Assembly (NCBI GenBank): GCA_026706485.1
Contig: JAPOYR010000002.1
Span: 321,251 to 385,250 of the forward strand
Length of the DNA: 64,000 bases
From: Chloroflexota bacterium
GTDB taxonomy: Bacteria > Chloroflexota > UBA11872
Reading direction: 5' to 3'
Part shown: positions 12,136 through 33,922 of the stretch, piece after piece
Numbering within the stretch: position 1 is the stretch's first letter
Layout: the number at the start of each line of letters is the position of its first letter
Made by a program: the position numbers and the translations under genes
Notes under the pieces: model-generated
Told to the model about the DNA's origin: nothing
Seen by the model: the letters and a program-made list of their open reading frames with translations, nothing else
Databases searched by the model: none

Positions 12136-13044
12136 TCAGCCGCCGTCGAGTTCCGAAAGAAACCCGCGCACCACCTCGGCGCAGGCTTGCGGCTGTTCCA
12201 GCTGCAGAAAGTGCGTCGTCTCAGGCAGAAAGTCGTAGTCGACCGTGAGCACGTGGCTCAGATCAAAGGTCGGAAGATATGAATACGGCAAGGTTGGATC
12301 GGCGCCGACAACCTTGACGGGGCACTGCAGCGTTTCAAAGTCGACTAACACGGCAAATGCGCTGGCGTAGTCAATGATCTGCGCCTCGAATTCACGCGGG
12401 CAGCGCAGCTCGAAACCCTCGCCGTCGGCGGACTTCCGCAGCGTGGCGCGCGCCACCAGATCGAACACGCCGGGGACGCTGCGGTAGTAGGTCGGAATGA
12501 AGCTCAGCAGATCCGCGAGCTGCTCCGTGCTTTGAAACCGCTCGGTGCGGCGGCGGGCCGCGGCGGCCGTTCGCATGGCCGCGGCGTCAAAGTCCTCATA
12601 GCTCCTGCCGGGCTTGCATATCGGCGGGTCAAACAGCACCAACGCGCCGAATTCACCGCCCGTGGTCGGGGACAGCAGGGTCGTCAGCGCCGAAAACGAA
12701 TGAAAGATGCCGACTTTCGGCTTGCTCCCGAAGTGCCGATCGATCGCCTGCATGATTCGGTCGTGATCGAGAACCAGCGTCGGCACGTTGTGGTCGGCAA
12801 GGGAGGTGACAGCGTTCCAGCCATGATTTCGCAGGTCGTAGACGATCAGGTCGAAGTCTTCGGCCAGGAGCGACCAAAATGGATAGTAGAGGTCGATCGC
12901 CAGACCGTTGCCATGGCTCAGGACAAGCCGTGGGCCTGCCGGATTCCCATGACGACGCAGCGTCACGACGGTGTCGTCGTCCACGCGCACCTCGTGAATG
13001 GAAAGCGGCTCGGGCACCTGCCACACGGTTTCGTCGGTCGTCAT
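12136..13044 (-). CDS. α/β-hydrolase fold protein; candidate chain-releasing hydrolase of the PKS cluster
   Basis: HGNG…GxSxS-like nucleophile elbow (GIFHSFSA) and an α/β-hydrolase layout. Its ATG overlaps the PPTase stop (ATGA). Confidence 0.65.
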   Translation of the reverse strand: MTTDETVWQVPEPLSIHEVRVDDDTVVTLRRHGNPAGPRLVLSHGNGLAIDLYYPFWSLLAEDFDLIVYDLRNHGWNAVTSLADHNVPTLVLDHDRIMQAIDRHFGSKPKVGIFHSFSALTTLLSPTTGGEFGALVLFDPPICKPGRSYEDFDAAAMRTAAAARRRTERFQSTEQLADLLSFIPTYYRSVPGVFDLVARATLRKSADGEGFELRCPREFEAQIIDYASAFAVLVDFETLQCPVKVVGADPTLPYSYLPTFDLSHVLTVDYDFLPETTHFLQLEQPQACAEVVRGFLSELDGG

Positions 13045-13802
13045 GCGTTCGCCGGCGTTCCCAGCGTGCAGCCGTTGCCGCGGCCTTGTTCGGGCGCCGC
13101 GCGAAGTTCATGGGCGACGGCGGCGGCAAATTGCTCATTGCCAAGGTCATCCAGCCGCCACCGAACGCCCGGCATTTCGGGCGATTGCAACGTGGACTGG
13201 GTCGTGCCGCCGAGCATGGCCGTCGGAATGTGAACGCGGGACGGATCCAGGGCCATGCCCATCCCATGGGCTTTGATCAGCGCTTCCTTCATCGTCCAGA
13301 GCTTGAAGAACAGGTGAGTCCGCGCATCGCCGCGCGTACGGGCGAGCAGCGCCTGCTCCTGTTCGCCCAGCACGGTCTCCACCAGGAGGTCGAGGTTGCG
13401 GTGCGCGACGCGCTCCTCGATATCTACCCCCAGCCGGCCGGCCGGCGCGAACGCGATCAACCCATGGCCGCCGCTGTGGCTCACGTTGAAGCTGTCGGGG
13501 ACCGGCATCCCGTCCACCGTGGCAAACGGCTTGCCATGCTGGGACTCCTCGAACGCCAACTGCCCGTTCTCGCACCCGAGCCGTCGACAGAGAATGGCGC
13601 GCAGGGCCGCGCGGCACAAGCCAAAGCGACGCCGGGGACCGGCGAACTGGAAGCGTCGCCACCTGGATCGCTCAGACTCATCCAGCCACCCCATCGCCTC
13701 GGCCTCTCGGGCCGCATCCGGCGTCAGGTCGATGTGGACAATCCTCGCCTCGCCCACCAGCTTGAACGGACGCCACCAGTCCCCGACGCACGAAACCCCC
13801 AT
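13041..13802 (-). CDS. Sfp-type 4'-phosphopantetheinyl transferase
   Basis: PPTase motifs GVDIEE and FKLWTMKEALIKAHG; about 250 aa. Confidence 0.8.
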   Translation of the reverse strand: MGVSCVGDWWRPFKLVGEARIVHIDLTPDAAREAEAMGWLDESERSRWRRFQFAGPRRRFGLCRAALRAILCRRLGCENGQLAFEESQHGKPFATVDGMPVPDSFNVSHSGGHGLIAFAPAGRLGVDIEERVAHRNLDLLVETVLGEQEQALLARTRGDARTHLFFKLWTMKEALIKAHGMGMALDPSRVHIPTAMLGGTTQSTLQSPEMPGVRWRLDDLGNEQFAAAVAHELRAAPEQGRGNGCTLGTPANA

Positions 13803-13870
13803 GGACTAGGCTGGCGATTCGCGTCGGCTCCCCATGGGCGACAGTATGGCCCCCTCGCGGGAGCGTGACG

Positions 13871-14116
13871 CTAGGCGGCTTGCGCGTCGATGTACGCGGC
13901 CAGGTCCTTCAGGGTGCTGAAGCCTGCGCAGTCGTCGGGCGTGAGCGGAACGTCGAACTCGGCGACGATGACCTTGGCAAACGCTACGAAGTCCATCGAA
14001 GGAACTCCGGCGTCCGAGAGGTTGGCGTTCAAGTCGTCCGGAACGGACACGGGCTGACCGTCCACTTCGAGGTTCTCGGCAACGAGTTTCTGGATACGTT
14101 CTGCAGTCGACGCCAT
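13871..14116 (-). CDS. Stand-alone acyl carrier protein (PP-binding)
   Basis: 81-aa protein MASTAERIQKLVAENLEV…GVPSMDFVAFAKVIVAEFDV with an ACP helix pattern around the Ser. The six-frame ORF extends upstream to 14302, but that part runs through a repeat element and lacks protein character. Confidence 0.7.
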   Translation of the reverse strand: MASTAERIQKLVAENLEVDGQPVSVPDDLNANLSDAGVPSMDFVAFAKVIVAEFDVPLTPDDCAGFSTLKDLAAYIDAQAA

Positions 14117-14257
14117 GGATCGATCCTTTTCTGGAATCACCAGTTGGGCAAAGAGGCCATCAGTGTAGTCAGCGGGCGGAAGGCGATCAATTTGGCGGGC
14201 GGTCACACGACCGCGATTGCACGAGTTGCCGCGACACTGGCCGGTCGAAGCGCAAGG

Positions 14258-14286
14258 GTGGATTCCCACCTCCGCGGGAATGACGG
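14258..14286. repeat. Palindromic repeat unit (family A: ggtggattccc-N-cgcgggaatgac) in the PKS–ACP spacer
   Basis: Near-identical copies occur at 27566–27592 and 59958–59986. Confidence 0.7.
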
Positions 14287-14350
14287 CCCGGAGCCAACTC
14301 ACCTCCAGCAGCGGTCGGTTTGCGCTAGGAGTTGCGAGTCGTTAGGAGGC

Positions 14351-24622
<10,272 letters not shown>

Positions 24623-24795
24623 CTTCTTCCGTTAGGCACCGCTACCGCCGCGATGCCGGTTCATGGCTTCCTCGCACGTCGGCTCCCCGACGCCATCGTC
24701 GAGGCATTCAGGGCTGGGAGAAACCCATCGGAGATGGCCGACCAAGACCAACGATAACCGAAGATCGAAGGCCCTCGGACGAGCGGGTGCTCACA

Positions 24796-24957
24796 CTAGC
24801 CTTCGTGACGGCGTCGGCCCCAAGCGGTGCCAAGGGCTACTCCCAGGGCAACTCCGATCGCCACGCCGACGCCGACGTTGCCCAGTGCCGCGCCGATGCC
24901 CACGCCTGCACCGGCTCCGAGTGCGATGCCTAAGCCGACGTGCCTACCTGAGCGCAT
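24796..24957 (-). CDS. 53-aa glycine-zipper small membrane protein (GlsB/YeaQ/YmgE-like). Below the 60-aa cutoff of the ORF track.
   Basis: MRSGRHVGLGIALGAGAGVGIGAALGNVGVGVAIGVALGVALGTAWGRRRHEG. High GC3; lies between the PTE-like gene and the PKS. Confidence 0.4.
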   Translation of the reverse strand: MRSGRHVGLGIALGAGAGVGIGAALGNVGVGVAIGVALGVALGTAWGRRRHEG

Positions 24958-25071
24958 GCCGCGTTGCCTCCATCGCCGATGGCGACATCATGCCCTCTTT
25001 CGGATAGACGCCCTGGACGCCGCCCGCCGCTCAAGTCGCGATAGCGCCGGGCAATTCGGACCCGGCGAGCG

Positions 25072-25111
25072 CGTTCATCCCGCCATCAAGCCGTTCATCC
25101 CGCCATCAAGC
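25072..25111. repeat. Perfect 20-nt tandem duplication (cgttcatcccgccatcaagc ×2) straddling the stop codon of the PTE-family gene
   Basis: Read directly from the sequence. Confidence 0.8.
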
Positions 25112-26170
25112 AAAGCCGAGAATGCGCTTCGGATTCTCGAGCAGGATGGTGTCGATCTGCTCTTGGTCGAAGCCTCGTTGCCGCATCATCGGCACCACAT
25201 AGTTCAAGATGTGGGGAAAGCCCCAGCCACCGTAGCGAACCCGCGTCGACTTGCGGCAAATGTCGTGTGAGACCAGGATCTGCTCGAGGTGGCCCGCCTC
25301 CAGCAGCGCCAGGATCTCGTAGATGCGCTGGGTGTCGTTGGGGATATCCATGTAATCGTCGGCGGTCCAGTACGAAGGGAAGTGGCCCTCCCAACCGAAG
25401 ACGTCGTATTCGAGGTAGCACCCGGTCCGCGCCAGTCGCAGGCGCTCCTCGGGGGTGCGCAGGCGGACGTCAATGTGGCACATGATGACGCGGCGCAGAT
25501 CGGCGCCGGCGGCGGAGATGATATCCACTATTTCGAAGGGTGCGGCGCGGTTGCGGCCCGGATGAATGCTGAGGCATGCGCCGGTGTGCCGCTGCGCCCG
25601 GGCGGCGGCGCGCAGCACCTTGCGCTCGTTGTCCTCCAGCGGCCAGGAACAGCCGATCTCGCCGACGATGCCGGCCTTGACGCCGCTGTCGCCGACGCCG
25701 ATTTCGATGTCCCGGACGATTTCCGCAAACACGTCGTCCTCGCTCTTCGCGGCAAGCTCGGGGGGATGACTCGGGGCGGTGTAATATCCCGATCCCATGA
25801 TGATGTTGAGCCCAGTGGAGCGGGCGATCCGCGCCAGGCCTTCCGGGTCGCGTCCGACGCCGTTGATGGTGCAGTCGACGATGCTTTTGCCGCCCGCCAC
25901 TTTGAAGAGCAGGGCTTCGTCTATGGCCTCGCGCTCGTCCAGCAGGCGCAGGTTGTCCAGATTCTCAAAGGAGTGGTAGCGCAACCAGCCCAGGTTCTCG
26001 ATGCCGACCGGCTCGAAGGCCCGCCCCCGCTGGCTCGCCGCGGCGGGCAGCGCAAAGGCGCAGGACAGATCGACGAGCAGGTGTTCGTGAGGCAAGGTAA
26101 TGCCCAGCTCGTCGCCGCATATCAAGCCCAGGACGGTCTGGACTTTTCCAACTCGTGAGGCATCGGCCAT
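25106..26170 (-). CDS. Phosphotriesterase-family (PTE/PTER, amidohydrolase TIM-barrel) protein; possible lactonase
   Basis: …VLGLICGDELGITLPHEHLLVDLS… with metal-binding His/Asp pattern; about 354 aa. Confidence 0.8.
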   Translation of the reverse strand: MADASRVGKVQTVLGLICGDELGITLPHEHLLVDLSCAFALPAAASQRGRAFEPVGIENLGWLRYHSFENLDNLRLLDEREAIDEALLFKVAGGKSIVDCTINGVGRDPEGLARIARSTGLNIIMGSGYYTAPSHPPELAAKSEDDVFAEIVRDIEIGVGDSGVKAGIVGEIGCSWPLEDNERKVLRAAARAQRHTGACLSIHPGRNRAAPFEIVDIISAAGADLRRVIMCHIDVRLRTPEERLRLARTGCYLEYDVFGWEGHFPSYWTADDYMDIPNDTQRIYEILALLEAGHLEQILVSHDICRKSTRVRYGGWGFPHILNYVVPMMRQRGFDQEQIDTILLENPKRILGFA

Positions 26171-26271
26171 ATCTGCACGCCTCCGCTATGTGCCCGCGAA
26201 CTTCGCGAAGCCGGCACGAAATACCGCCCGCATAGCCGACGTTTTCAGGCTCTTGGGTCTGTCAAAGGCGG

Positions 26272-26345
26272 TGGGCGCGAGGGGACTCGAACCTCTGACC
26301 TCCACGATGTCAACGTGGCGCTCTAACCAGCTGAGCTACGCGCCC
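26272..26345 (-). tRNA. tRNA-Val (anticodon GAC)
   Basis: Reverse complement GGGCGCGTAGCTCAGCTGGTTAGAGCGCCACGTTGACATCGTGGAGGTCAGAGGTTCGAGTCCCCTCGCGCCCA folds as a cloverleaf with anticodon loop TTGACAT. CCA is not encoded. Confidence 0.85.
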
Positions 26346-26452
26346 GCGGTGCAACCCGCCCGGCGGGTGCGCGTAGCATACTTCATCGGTTTCAGGCGCC
26401 AGACAGGCGCGCGGCGCATACTTGGGGTCTGCGAGATGGGGAATCTGCACGC

Positions 26453-27484
26453 ATGAACACCCGCGATCCGGCGCCGGTGTCGGTGGCCGATCTGCGACGC
26501 CGGATTTCGGCCCTGCCGCGCTTTCACCTCACCGACCTGCCCACGCCGTTCGAGGAGCTGACCAATCTCCGCCAGGCGATCGGCGGGCCGCGTGTCTTCA
26601 TCAAGCGCGACGACCTGACCCACAGCGCCCTGGGCGGCAACAAGAACCGCAAGTTCGAGTTCGAGGTGGCCGACGCCCTGCAGCAGGGCTGCGACGTGAT
26701 CATGTGGGGCGGTGGCGTGCGCCAGTCCAACCATGCGCGCCAGTGCGCGGCGGCGGCGCGCAAGGCCGGGCTGGACGTCGTGTTGGTGCTGAACCGCGGC
26801 ATCCACGGCGACGACCGGCAGGGCAACCGCCTGCTCACCGAGCTGCTGGGCGCCGACGTGCGGCAGGTGGACAGCGACGAGATGTTCGGCGTCGAGGAGG
26901 AGATGGACCGGGTCGAGCGGGAGCTGCGCGCCAAGGGCCGCCGTCCCTACATCGTCGGCTACAGCCCGCTCACCGCCGTTGGATATGTCGAGTGTCTGAT
27001 TGAAACCGTGGAGCAGGCGGCCGAGCGCGGCGTCTCCCTCAGCCATGTCTACGTCGCGTCCGGCGGGGGCACGCAGGCCGGGCTTGAGCTTGGCGTGCGG
27101 GCGCTGGGCCTGGACCTCCAGATCCGGGGCTTCACGCCGCTGCGCGTGCCCGGCGGGCGCACGCCCGAGCAGGCCCGGATGGCGAACATGACAGCGGAAC
27201 TCCTGGGGCTGGACTTGACGCTCGATGCCGCCGAGATTTCGAACACCGACGCCTACATGGGGCCGAGATATGCAGGGGCCACGCCGGACGGCATCGAGGC
27301 GATCAAGCTGCTCGCGCGGATCGAGGGCGTGTTCCTGGAGCCGGTCTATACGGCCAAGGCCTTCGCCGCGCTGCTGGACGACGTGCGCAGCGGCGATCTG
27401 AGCGAGCAGGACGCCGTGGCCTTCATGCACACCGGCGGCACGCCGCTGATCTTTGCCTACGCGGAGGAGCTCAGCGCCGGGTAG
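26453..27484 (+). CDS. PLP-dependent ACC deaminase / D-cysteine desulfhydrase family protein
   Basis: Tryptophan-synthase-β fold; …ALGGNKNRKFEFEVADAL… containing the PLP-binding Lys region. Confidence 0.75.
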   Translation: MNTRDPAPVSVADLRRRISALPRFHLTDLPTPFEELTNLRQAIGGPRVFIKRDDLTHSALGGNKNRKFEFEVADALQQGCDVIMWGGGVRQSNHARQCAAAARKAGLDVVLVLNRGIHGDDRQGNRLLTELLGADVRQVDSDEMFGVEEEMDRVERELRAKGRRPYIVGYSPLTAVGYVECLIETVEQAAERGVSLSHVYVASGGGTQAGLELGVRALGLDLQIRGFTPLRVPGGRTPEQARMANMTAELLGLDLTLDAAEISNTDAYMGPRYAGATPDGIEAIKLLARIEGVFLEPVYTAKAFAALLDDVRSGDLSEQDAVAFMHTGGTPLIFAYAEELSAG

Positions 27485-27539
27485 TCGCTCGCTTCATCAT
27501 TCGGATGCGACCTGGCGGCCCAGCACGATGCGCTGCGTC

Positions 27540-27740
27540 CTTGGTTTGGCCGCAGGCGAATTGGCGGTGGATTCCCGCCTCCGCGGGAATGACTGAGGGG
27601 GCAATACCCTCACTCCAGCCCTTTCCCCACGGAGAGTCTTTCGTCGCCCTTCGTCATTCCGGCGGAAGCCGGAATCCAGGTCCGCTGAACCTATCCGCCC
27701 TGCCGTAGGGGCGACGCATGCGTCGCCCCCAACTTCTTTA
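27540..27740. repeat. Composite array of short palindromic repeat units (families A, B, C, D)
   Basis: ggtggattcccgcctccgcgggaatgac; gtcattccggcggaagccggaatcc; gtaggggcgacgcatgcgtcgccc. Related copies are found at five other loci. Confidence 0.7.
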
Positions 27741-27773
27741 CGCAACGATCTCCTGCGGAAGCGGGTCTCAGCC

Positions 27774-28235
27774 CTACAGCCGCTCGGTGAACTCGATGAC
27801 GTTGCTTTCGGGGTCCTTGGCGTAGACCACGCGCTTCCACGTGTCCGGCCAGTCCTGCGGCGATCCCCAGTAGTCCAGGCCCAGGCCCTCCAGGGCGGCG
27901 AGGATCGGGTCCAAGTCGTCGACGATGAAGTGGATGTGATTCATGCCGTGGCCATTGGGCCCCTTGGGCACGATGGCCGAGGGATGATTCGGATACTTGA
28001 TCAGCTCGACGCCGTTGGGATGCTCCGGCGTGCCCAGGATCACGGCCTGCAACACAACGCCGGTGAGACCCGTGATGCCGTCGATGAACGGTCCCTCGCG
28101 GACGACGCGGCGGGTTTCCTGCAAGCCCAAGATCTCGCCGTAGAACCGCTCCATGAGCGGCAGATCGCGCACGACGACTCCCGTATGCCCTATCGTGATT
28201 GCCACAGCGTTCCTCCTGCACCCGTCTGTCGCCAT
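27774..28235 (-). CDS. VOC/glyoxalase-family protein
   Basis: Paired βαβββ modules (…GHTGVVVRDL…, …HIHFIVDDLD…). Confidence 0.65.
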   Translation of the reverse strand: MATDGCRRNAVAITIGHTGVVVRDLPLMERFYGEILGLQETRRVVREGPFIDGITGLTGVVLQAVILGTPEHPNGVELIKYPNHPSAIVPKGPNGHGMNHIHFIVDDLDPILAALEGLGLDYWGSPQDWPDTWKRVVYAKDPESNVIEFTERL

Positions 28236-28267
28236 TGTGGCGCACGCGGGTGGGATTGGCTTGCCTG

Positions 28268-29071
28268 ATGGCCCTGTCGCGTGCGCACTTGCAGCTTGCC
28301 GTCGAGGCGGTCGACCGCATGGGCGGACCGCTGCGGCGAGTGATCGACGCGCACTTCAGCAACTTTTGCGTCGGCGCGGTGGCTCCTGACGCGCGCGATC
28401 GCACCGCGACGGGCCGCGCGGCCACCCACTTCTTTGAGTTTCGCGAGCCGTCCACCTGGGGACGCGCGACAGCGGAGCTGTTCGCCGCCCGGTCTGCGCT
28501 GGCGCGACCTGACCACGTAGCCGACGAGCAAGCCGCCTATGTAGCCGGCTATCTGGCACATCTTGCGGTGGACGAAGTCTTCGTCCTCTTCTGCGGTGAG
28601 TATGCGCGGCGCGCCGACAGGGCCGCTACCGTGGGACTCACCTACGCCCTGGAGCGCGGCTGGGACGACCCATCGGGGGCTCTGGCGCGGGCGGCGGGCT
28701 CGGTGCATCCGTTCGATCCGGGCGGGATCGACCTGATCGTCGCCGCGGAGCCACTGTCGAAACTGACGCGGTGGGTGCATCTGCTGGCGCTCGCGACCAG
28801 CCCGGCGGAGATTGTGCGTGTGTTCGACCGCGCCGACGGACGACCGGACGATCCAGCCGAGGCCGAGCGCATCGCCGCCGAGCGTGTGTCCACCGGGCGG
28901 GAGCTATTCGGCAACGACGTGGCGGAGCGGTTCGCGGCGCTGGCCGCGGACGAGATCGACCGGCGCCTGACGGCCTACGAGCGCGGCGACGGGGCGCGCT
29001 ACGATTCGCCATCCCTGCGGGCCGGTTTCGAGACCGCGCCGCCAGCCGCATCCGGAGACGCCCGTGCATGA
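28268..29071 (+). CDS. Zinc-dependent phospholipase-C-like (PLC / S1-P1 fold) protein without a signal peptide
   Basis: MALSRAHLQLAVEAVDRM resembles the PLC N-terminal WSxxxHxxIxxRAIDIM. THFFEF resembles SHFYDP. GYLAHLAVDE resembles LHYLGDxxxPMH. The start was chosen at an internal Met to avoid overlap with the glyoxalase gene. Confidence 0.45.
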   Translation: MALSRAHLQLAVEAVDRMGGPLRRVIDAHFSNFCVGAVAPDARDRTATGRAATHFFEFREPSTWGRATAELFAARSALARPDHVADEQAAYVAGYLAHLAVDEVFVLFCGEYARRADRAATVGLTYALERGWDDPSGALARAAGSVHPFDPGGIDLIVAAEPLSKLTRWVHLLALATSPAEIVRVFDRADGRPDDPAEAERIAAERVSTGRELFGNDVAERFAALAADEIDRRLTAYERGDGARYDSPSLRAGFETAPPAASGDARA

Positions 29072-30632
29072 CCTGGTGATTCGTGACGCGAGCATCGTCG
29101 ACGGCACGGGCGCGCCCGGCTACCGCGGCAGCGTGGCCATCGACGGGACACGCATCGCTGCCGTGGGGCTGGTCCCGGATCGAGGCACGCGTGAGATCGA
29201 CGCCGGCGGCCGCGTGGTCTGCCCGGGATTCATCGACGTGCACACGCACTCGGACCTGATGCTGCTGGCCGAGCCGGCGCACGAACCCAAGGTGCACCAG
29301 GGCGTCACGACCGATCTGCTGGGACTTGACGGGATCGGCTACGCGCCGCTGGCCGACGACTTGCAGACTTCCTTCCGCGACTACTTCGCCGCGCTCAACG
29401 GCGATCCGCCGATCAGCTGCGACTGGTCTACCGTCGCCGGCTGGCTGGACACGTTCGAAGGCGCGGCGGCCTGCAACGCAGCGCATCACGTGCCGCATGG
29501 ATGCGTGCGGGCGGCCCTGGTCAGATGGGAAGACCGGCAAGCCACACCCGAAGAGCTGCGCGCGATGCAGCAGATCACGCACGAGGCGTTCCAGGACGGG
29601 GCCATCGCGCTCTCGACGGGCCTCGACTACAAGCCGTGCGCCTTTGCCGACACCGATGAGCTCGTGGCGTTGAGCGAGGTGGCGGCCGAATTCGGCGCGC
29701 CCTACGTGCCGCACATGCGCTACATCCTCGGCATGCGCGACGCCATCCGGGAGACCATGGCCATCGGCCGGCGGGCGGGATGCCCGGTCCACATCTCGCA
29801 CTACATCAGCAGCGGTCAGCGCTGGTGGGAGAACCTGGACGAGGCGGACCGCGGCATCCGCGCCGGCGTGTCGCTGTCGTTCGACACCTATGCCTATCCC
29901 GCCGGCAGCTCGCTGCTGCACTTTTCGTTCCCTGACTGGGCGCTCGAAGGTGGGCCGCAGGAGATGCTGCGCCGCCTGGAGGACGCCGATACGCGGGCGC
30001 GGATCGCGACGGAGATGGCCAATCGCGCCGGCGACAACGCGCTTGAAGTCGACCGCGCGCTGCTGTCGAGCATGCCGGCCGGTCCCAATCGCCACCTGGA
30101 GGGCCGCATGCTCGGCGAGGTGGCCGACGAGCGGGACCGGGAGCCGCATGCGTTCCTCGTCGACCTGGTGCGGGAGGAGCGCGGGCGCGCGGCGTCGGTG
30201 TTCTTCAACGACCAGACGGACGACGACTTCGCGCAGATCATGCGCCATCCAAGCCACATGGTGGGCAGCGACGCCATCCTGCTGGGCGACGCGCCGCACC
30301 CACGCACCTACGGCACCTACCCGCGCTTCCTGGGTCGCTGGGCGCGCGAGCTTGGCGTCGTTTCGCTCGAAGCCATGGTGCGGCGCATGACGGGCATGCC
30401 GGCGGCGCGCTTTGGCCTGGTGGACCGCGGAATCCTTGCCCCGGGCATGGCGGCCGACGTGGTGGTATTCGACGCGGACACCGTCATCGACAACGCCACC
30501 TTCGAACAGCCGCGGCGACTGCCGACCGGCATCGACTACGTGATCGTCAACGGCACGCCCGTGATCGACGACGGCCGGCACACGGGCGCGACGCCGGGTC
30601 GGGGCTTGCGCCGGGGCCGGCCCACCGAGTGA
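29064..30632 (+). CDS. N-acyl-D-amino-acid deacylase (D-aminoacylase), amidohydrolase superfamily
   Basis: MHDLVIRDASIVDGTG…GFIDVHTHSD…; about 520 aa. Its start overlaps the upstream stop (ATGCATGA). Confidence 0.8.
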   Translation: MHDLVIRDASIVDGTGAPGYRGSVAIDGTRIAAVGLVPDRGTREIDAGGRVVCPGFIDVHTHSDLMLLAEPAHEPKVHQGVTTDLLGLDGIGYAPLADDLQTSFRDYFAALNGDPPISCDWSTVAGWLDTFEGAAACNAAHHVPHGCVRAALVRWEDRQATPEELRAMQQITHEAFQDGAIALSTGLDYKPCAFADTDELVALSEVAAEFGAPYVPHMRYILGMRDAIRETMAIGRRAGCPVHISHYISSGQRWWENLDEADRGIRAGVSLSFDTYAYPAGSSLLHFSFPDWALEGGPQEMLRRLEDADTRARIATEMANRAGDNALEVDRALLSSMPAGPNRHLEGRMLGEVADERDREPHAFLVDLVREERGRAASVFFNDQTDDDFAQIMRHPSHMVGSDAILLGDAPHPRTYGTYPRFLGRWARELGVVSLEAMVRRMTGMPAARFGLVDRGILAPGMAADVVVFDADTVIDNATFEQPRRLPTGIDYVIVNGTPVIDDGRHTGATPGRGLRRGRPTE

Positions 30633-30904
30633 ACGACTCCGCGCCGGGCTACAAGGGCGGCGGTTGGTTCATGCGCCTGTGGTGGGCCGCGTGGCGCCGC
30701 GTGCTCTCGCGGCGCTGCGCCGCTTGCGACGGAGGGGGTCTGGAGGCCGGTCATTCCGGTCCGTTGCCCAGCGGGCGCCCCCACCGCTGCCCCCGCTGCT
30801 ACGGCACCGGACGCGTCGCCTGGCCGTAGACCGCTCCGTTTGCCGGCGACCGCCGGCGATGCATGCGGCTTCGGGGTGCGGGCCGGTTGGAAACCGGCCC
30901 CTAC

Positions 30905-31010
30905 CGGCCACGGCCCCATCGGGTCTGCGGTAGGGGCGAGTCTCCGACCCGCCCGCCCAGCGCCACGCCCGGCGTAGGCGCGACGCATGCGTCGCCCGGC
31001 CGTGCGTCTC
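30905..31010. repeat. Palindromic repeat units of family C (gtaggggcgagtctccgacccgccc … gtaggcgcgacgcatgcgtcgccc) in the glmS upstream spacer
   Basis: Shares cores with 7625–7650 and 27703–27728. Confidence 0.65.
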
Positions 31011-31122
31011 GAATCGCGGGATCGTCACGGCGAGGGTGTCCGAAAACGTTGTTCAAGCGACCAATCGGGCGGTATAGTTGACATAACCGCGCCCCCAGGC
31101 GCGTCTTCCTTGGAGCAGGCGG

Positions 31123-32964
<1,842 letters not shown>

Positions 32965-33059
32965 CCGCCGTGCGAACGCAATGCACCTGGACCCGGGTGC
33001 CTGACTTGTCGCGGCCCGCGCCCGCGAAGCGTTGCATCGCGCTGGACCGGCGGGACTAA

Positions 33060-33461
33060 GTGGCCTCGCGGACGCAATTCCTGCTCCGGTCGCTGGCGAT
33101 GCTGGCGCTGATCGCCGTCCTGGTGGTGATCATCCAGGAGGCCAGCGGTTCATCCACCCAGCAGGTGGCTCAGCAGCGCGTCGAAGAGTTGCAGCAGCGG
33201 ATCAGCGCCGCCGAACTCGAGAATCAACGCCTCGACGAGCAGTTGCAATACGCCCGCTCATTGCCGGCGTTGCGGGAGATGGCCAAGCGCGAGCTCGGGC
33301 TGGTGAACCCCGGGGACCAGGCCGTGGTGCTTCAGGGCCAGGTGGAGGACCGCCCCCGACCGGCGCCGCTGCCGATCCCGACGGTGCCTCCGCCCGAGCC
33401 CGAGCCGATCGAGCTTGGGTATCTCGGCGGTTGGATGGCGCTCCTGTTCGGCGGCGACTGA
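33060..33461 (+). CDS. Septum formation initiator (FtsB/DivIC-like) protein
   Basis: Single N-terminal TM segment then coiled coil (VEELQQRISAAELENQRLDEQLQYA). Confidence 0.6.
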   Translation: MASRTQFLLRSLAMLALIAVLVVIIQEASGSSTQQVAQQRVEELQQRISAAELENQRLDEQLQYARSLPALREMAKRELGLVNPGDQAVVLQGQVEDRPRPAPLPIPTVPPPEPEPIELGYLGGWMALLFGGD

Positions 33462-33490
33462 GCCGGGCAGCCCCGCTAGACTGACCGACT

Positions 33491-33922
33491 ATGCGCGTGC
33501 CCATTGCGCGGGTCGATCCGACGCTTCCGCTGCCGCGCTACGCCACGGGAGGTTCCGTCGGCTTCGACCTGATCACGCGCGAGACCACGCGCATCGAGCC
33601 CGGCGCGATCGGCCTTGTGCCCGCGAACGTCATCATCGCCGCGCCCCCCGGGTATATGGTCCTCGTCGCCGCCCGCAGCAGCACCCCGCGGCGAACCGGC
33701 CTGGTCGCGGCTCACGGCGTCGGCATCATCGACCGCGACTATTGCGGGCCCGACGACGAGATTCACGTCCAATTCTGGAACCCCACCGACAAGCCGATAG
33801 CAGTGGAACGCGGGGCGCGCATCGCGCAGGCCATACTGGTTCGGGTGGAGACGGCGGAGTGGGTGGAAGGCGAACCGGAGGGTGCGGAGAGCCGTGGAGG
33901 ATTCGGCAGCACCGGCGACTAG
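33491..33922 (+). CDS. dut: dUTP diphosphatase
   Basis: dUTPase motifs GFDL…, GIIDRDYCG, RIAQ. Confidence 0.85.
   Translation: MRVPIARVDPTLPLPRYATGGSVGFDLITRETTRIEPGAIGLVPANVIIAAPPGYMVLVAARSSTPRRTGLVAAHGVGIIDRDYCGPDDEIHVQFWNPTDKPIAVERGARIAQAILVRVETAEWVEGEPEGAESRGGFGSTGD

Noticed and set aside
13871-14302. Full 143-aa ORF for the stand-alone ACP
   Set aside because: The first 62 codons run across repeat unit A and have no protein-like character. The ACP fold begins at the internal Met (14116).
24623-24795. Looked for a promoter or riboswitch in the PKS 5' leader
   Set aside because: Uniformly GC-rich with no obvious −35/−10 hexamers or a conserved structured element visible by eye.
31011-31122. 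Checked the glmS leader for a glmS ribozyme
   Set aside because: No recognisable conserved core or pseudoknot pattern. The spacer is mostly occupied by family-C repeat units, and the ribozyme is not expected outside a few phyla.
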